Shown piece after piece: positions 46,560 through 49,164 of a DNA stretch of 49,164 bases. A program made the translations under genes and the position numbers. Numbering within the stretch: the first letter of the stretch is position 1; each line of letters opens with the position of its first letter. Source of the DNA: Parcubacteria group bacterium Greene0416_36 (GTDB lineage: Bacteria > Patescibacteriota > Patescibacteriia > VMEV01); contig VMEV01000010.1 of assembly GCA_007375725.1 (NCBI GenBank), positions 1 to 49,164 on the forward strand, written 5' to 3'. Below the pieces are notes generated by a model. It was not told where the DNA came from. It did not search any database and was given only the letters and a program-made list of their open reading frames with translations.

Positions 46560-47921
46560 CTACCCCACCCACCCGCCCTCATCTATCTCCATCTGAATGA
46601 GGCGGTTCATCTCAACCGCGTATTCGAGGGGGATTTCTTTCATGATGGGTTCGATGAAGCCATTGATGATAAGCGAGACGGCTTGGTTTTCGGAAAGACC
46701 GCGGCTTTTGAGGTAAAAAATCTGGTCCGGGCTGATTTTGCCGGTGGCGGCTTCGTGGACGCACTCAGACGTGTCATTGTCGACTTTGATATAAGGAAAA
46801 GTATCGGATCCGGAAATGGGATCGAGGAGGAGAGCGTCACAGCGAACGGAACATTTCGCATTCGCGGCACCAGGAAGAATATTGACGAGTCCTCGATAGT
46901 GGCTTTTGCCGCCGTCTTTGGCCAGGCCTTTTGCCATGATGTGAGACGAAGTATTCCTGCCGATATGAATCACCTTGGCGCCCACGTCTTGGATCTGATT
47001 TTCCCCGGCAAACGCGACCGAGAGATGCTCGGCTTTCGATCCGTCGCCTTTGAGGACGGAACAGGGATACACCATGGAAATGCAGGAACCCAAGTTGCCC
47101 GTCACCCACTCGATCACACCTTTTTCCTCGACCATGGCGCGCTTGGTATTGAGATTGTGCACGTCAATGCTCCAGTTCTCAATGCTCGAGTACCGGCACC
47201 GCGCGTTTTTGCCGACAAATACCTCCACTCCTCCGGCATGAAGCGCGGTCGAGTCATACCGCGGAGCACTGCACCCTTCGATATAATGCGCCACCGCGTC
47301 ATCTTCCACCACGATCAGGGTATGTTCGAACTGGCCAAGTCCCGGAGTATTCATACGAAAATACGACTGGACAGGCATATCGAGCTTGACTCCTTTTGGA
47401 ATATAGAGAAAAGTCCCGCCGCTCCAGAAAGCATAGTGAAGCGCCATGTATTTGTGCTCGGCAAGAGACAAACATTTTGAAAAATATTTTCGGACAATGT
47501 CTTCGTGGTCAACCAGAGCCACGCTCAAATCTTCGTATAAAATCCCCATTTCTTTCCATTTGGATTTGAGATTGTGATACACGACTTCAGACTCATATTG
47601 CGCGCCCACGCCAGCCAGAGCCTTGCGCTCGGCTTCGGGAATGCCCAGTTTATCGAAAGTTTTCTTGATTTCTTCCGGAACATCTTCCCATTTTTTGGCA
47701 TTGCGGATCTCTCCGGGAGACGCGTAATAGACAATTTTCTCCAAATCCAAACCTGAGAGAGATGGTCCGAATCCCGGCATTTGTTTGTCTGTAAAAATTT
47801 TATAGGCCTTGAGGCGTAATTCCAGCATCCAAACAGGCTCTTTCTTATCCGCGGATAATCGGCGAACCAGATCTTCGGACACGCCCGGTTTGAGGCCGGT
47901 TAGGTGGTCGGTGTGAATCAT
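46560..47921 (-). CDS. sufB: Fe-S assembly protein SufB
   Basis: GVGAQYESE, GQFEHTLI, YIEGCSAP and HEA..GKI..DQIFYL.SRG motifs. Confidence 0.96.
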   Translation of the reverse strand: MIHTDHLTGLKPGVSEDLVRRLSADKKEPVWMLELRLKAYKIFTDKQMPGFGPSLSGLDLEKIVYYASPGEIRNAKKWEDVPEEIKKTFDKLGIPEAERKALAGVGAQYESEVVYHNLKSKWKEMGILYEDLSVALVDHEDIVRKYFSKCLSLAEHKYMALHYAFWSGGTFLYIPKGVKLDMPVQSYFRMNTPGLGQFEHTLIVVEDDAVAHYIEGCSAPRYDSTALHAGGVEVFVGKNARCRYSSIENWSIDVHNLNTKRAMVEEKGVIEWVTGNLGSCISMVYPCSVLKGDGSKAEHLSVAFAGENQIQDVGAKVIHIGRNTSSHIMAKGLAKDGGKSHYRGLVNILPGAANAKCSVRCDALLLDPISGSDTFPYIKVDNDTSECVHEAATGKISPDQIFYLKSRGLSENQAVSLIINGFIEPIMKEIPLEYAVEMNRLIQMEIDEGGWVG

Positions 47922-47923
47922 AT

Positions 47924-48739
47924 TTATTTCGCCATTTTCAATTTCTTTTTTGCTGACTGTTCTCCCTCCATTGTCAAGGGGAGGGCTGGGGTGGGGTTGA
48001 ACCCCTCCTCCTCGAGCTGATCCACCAATTCCATGCCTCCGGACTTCACGATCTTTCCCTCTTTGAGAATATGAACGGCATCGGCTTTGATGTATTCGAG
48101 AATGCGTTTGTAATGGGTGATGAGCAGAATACTCGATCCCTTGGAAATAAGCACATTGATTCCTGAAGCGACGGTTCGGAGAGCATCGACATCGAGACCG
48201 GAGTCGATTTCATCGATAATAGCCAATTTCGGTTCCAGAAGTAACATTTGCAAAACCTCCGCCTTCTTCTTCTCCCCCCCGGAAAATCCCTGATTCAAAT
48301 AACGGTCAAGAAAGGACCGGTCCATATTCAGCTCCTTCATTTTCTCTAGGAGAATTTTTCGAAAATCCATGCTTTTTAGATCCACGGATTCAGAATTTGC
48401 CACTTTCATTTTGGAATTATAGGCCAAACGCAAAAATTCAGGGAAGGACACGCCGTCAATTTCCACGGGATTCTGAAAAGATAAAAAGATACCTTTTTGT
48501 GCGATTTCAGAAGGATCCATTTCAGAAATCTTCTCTTTTCCAAATAAAATCTCACCGCCGGTCATCTGGTACTGCGGATTCTTGGCAATCACATGTGCCA
48601 GCGAACTTTTCCCCGAGCCATTGGGACCCATCACGACATGCACCTCCCCCGCTGGAATCTCCAGATCCACCCCGCGAAGCACTTCCTTGTCCGTCTCAAT
48701 GATTTTGGCCTTTAAATTGTGTATCGATAAATTGGGCAT
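47924..48739 (-). CDS. sufC: Fe-S assembly ATPase SufC
   Basis: MGPNGSGKS, FQNPVEI.GV, GFSGGEKK, DEIDSGLDVDAL and ITHY motifs; start chosen at MPNLS. Confidence 0.96.
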   Translation of the reverse strand: MPNLSIHNLKAKIIETDKEVLRGVDLEIPAGEVHVVMGPNGSGKSSLAHVIAKNPQYQMTGGEILFGKEKISEMDPSEIAQKGIFLSFQNPVEIDGVSFPEFLRLAYNSKMKVANSESVDLKSMDFRKILLEKMKELNMDRSFLDRYLNQGFSGGEKKKAEVLQMLLLEPKLAIIDEIDSGLDVDALRTVASGINVLISKGSSILLITHYKRILEYIKADAVHILKEGKIVKSGGMELVDQLEEEGFNPTPALPLTMEGEQSAKKKLKMAK

Positions 48740-49013
48740 AAATAAAATACTATGACTAATTGAGTCATAGTAATGCAAAACGAACAAAAAATCAAGTCTT
48801 TATACCATTTCTTGCTAACCACTTTGCAAGCTGTCATTGCGAAGACGCCGTAGCGGATGAAGCAATCGCATGGCAGAATAGTGGTTATTTGGATTTGGTA
48901 TTACTCTTCTATCCCGAAATGCTTCTCCATAAATTCAGCACGATTGATCTTATACTGTAAATCCCTTGCCATTTTCTTAGCCTTACGATAACGAAAATGA
49001 TTCCAGATCCCCA

Positions 49014-49056
49014 TTGCCAATCTTGCCAATCTTGTCAACCCTGTCAACCTTGTCAA
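49014..49056 (+). repeat. 9-nt tandem repeat (about 5 copies of YYTGYCAAY)
   Basis: ttgccaatc ttgccaatc ttgtcaacc ctgtcaacc ttgtcaa. Confidence 0.7.
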
Positions 49057-49164
49057 ATAGACAAGCACCGAAAGTTAGGTTTGAAAAGCACCGATAGGAA
49101 GATTAAGGTGGAAAATATGATGATAAAAAAAACACGCTCACCTCAACGATAGCGAACGGGATGA

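Noticed and set aside
1-49164. tRNA, rRNA, integrase or transposase genes
   Set aside because: None was recognised in the window.

Overview
Chromosomal segment of a bacterium that looks like a Patescibacteria/CPR lineage (inferred from the compact RpoB, TSP3-repeat surface proteins, a membrane-anchored baseplate-J-like protein and many REP-like repeats). Housekeeping genes: rpoB-rpoC, HU, ppaC, efp, mutS, dnaG-rpoD, sufCBDS-sufU. There are three toxin-antitoxin pairs. The main discovery is an ~7.7 kb island between efp and mazEF (17850-25535). It encodes a stand-alone RAMP/Cas7-like protein, an FeS DinG-family helicase and two catalytically degenerate RNase II (RNB)-like proteins, interleaved with five non-coding arrays (25 hairpins, 23 complete units). 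The ~75-106 nt units share no repeat sequence. Each has a short hairpin plus a tract with a pyrimidine at every fifth position of the predicted RNA, and that phase is locked to the hairpin. This looks like a non-CRISPR, pentamer-coded RNA-guided system (VIPR-like but with a degenerate motif, plus a helicase partner). Other points of interest: a ~720 nt highly structured non-coding region beside a DUF1257/DUF2997/radical-SAM/AAA operon, and a shared palindromic operator. All calls were made by eye; no database searches were run.
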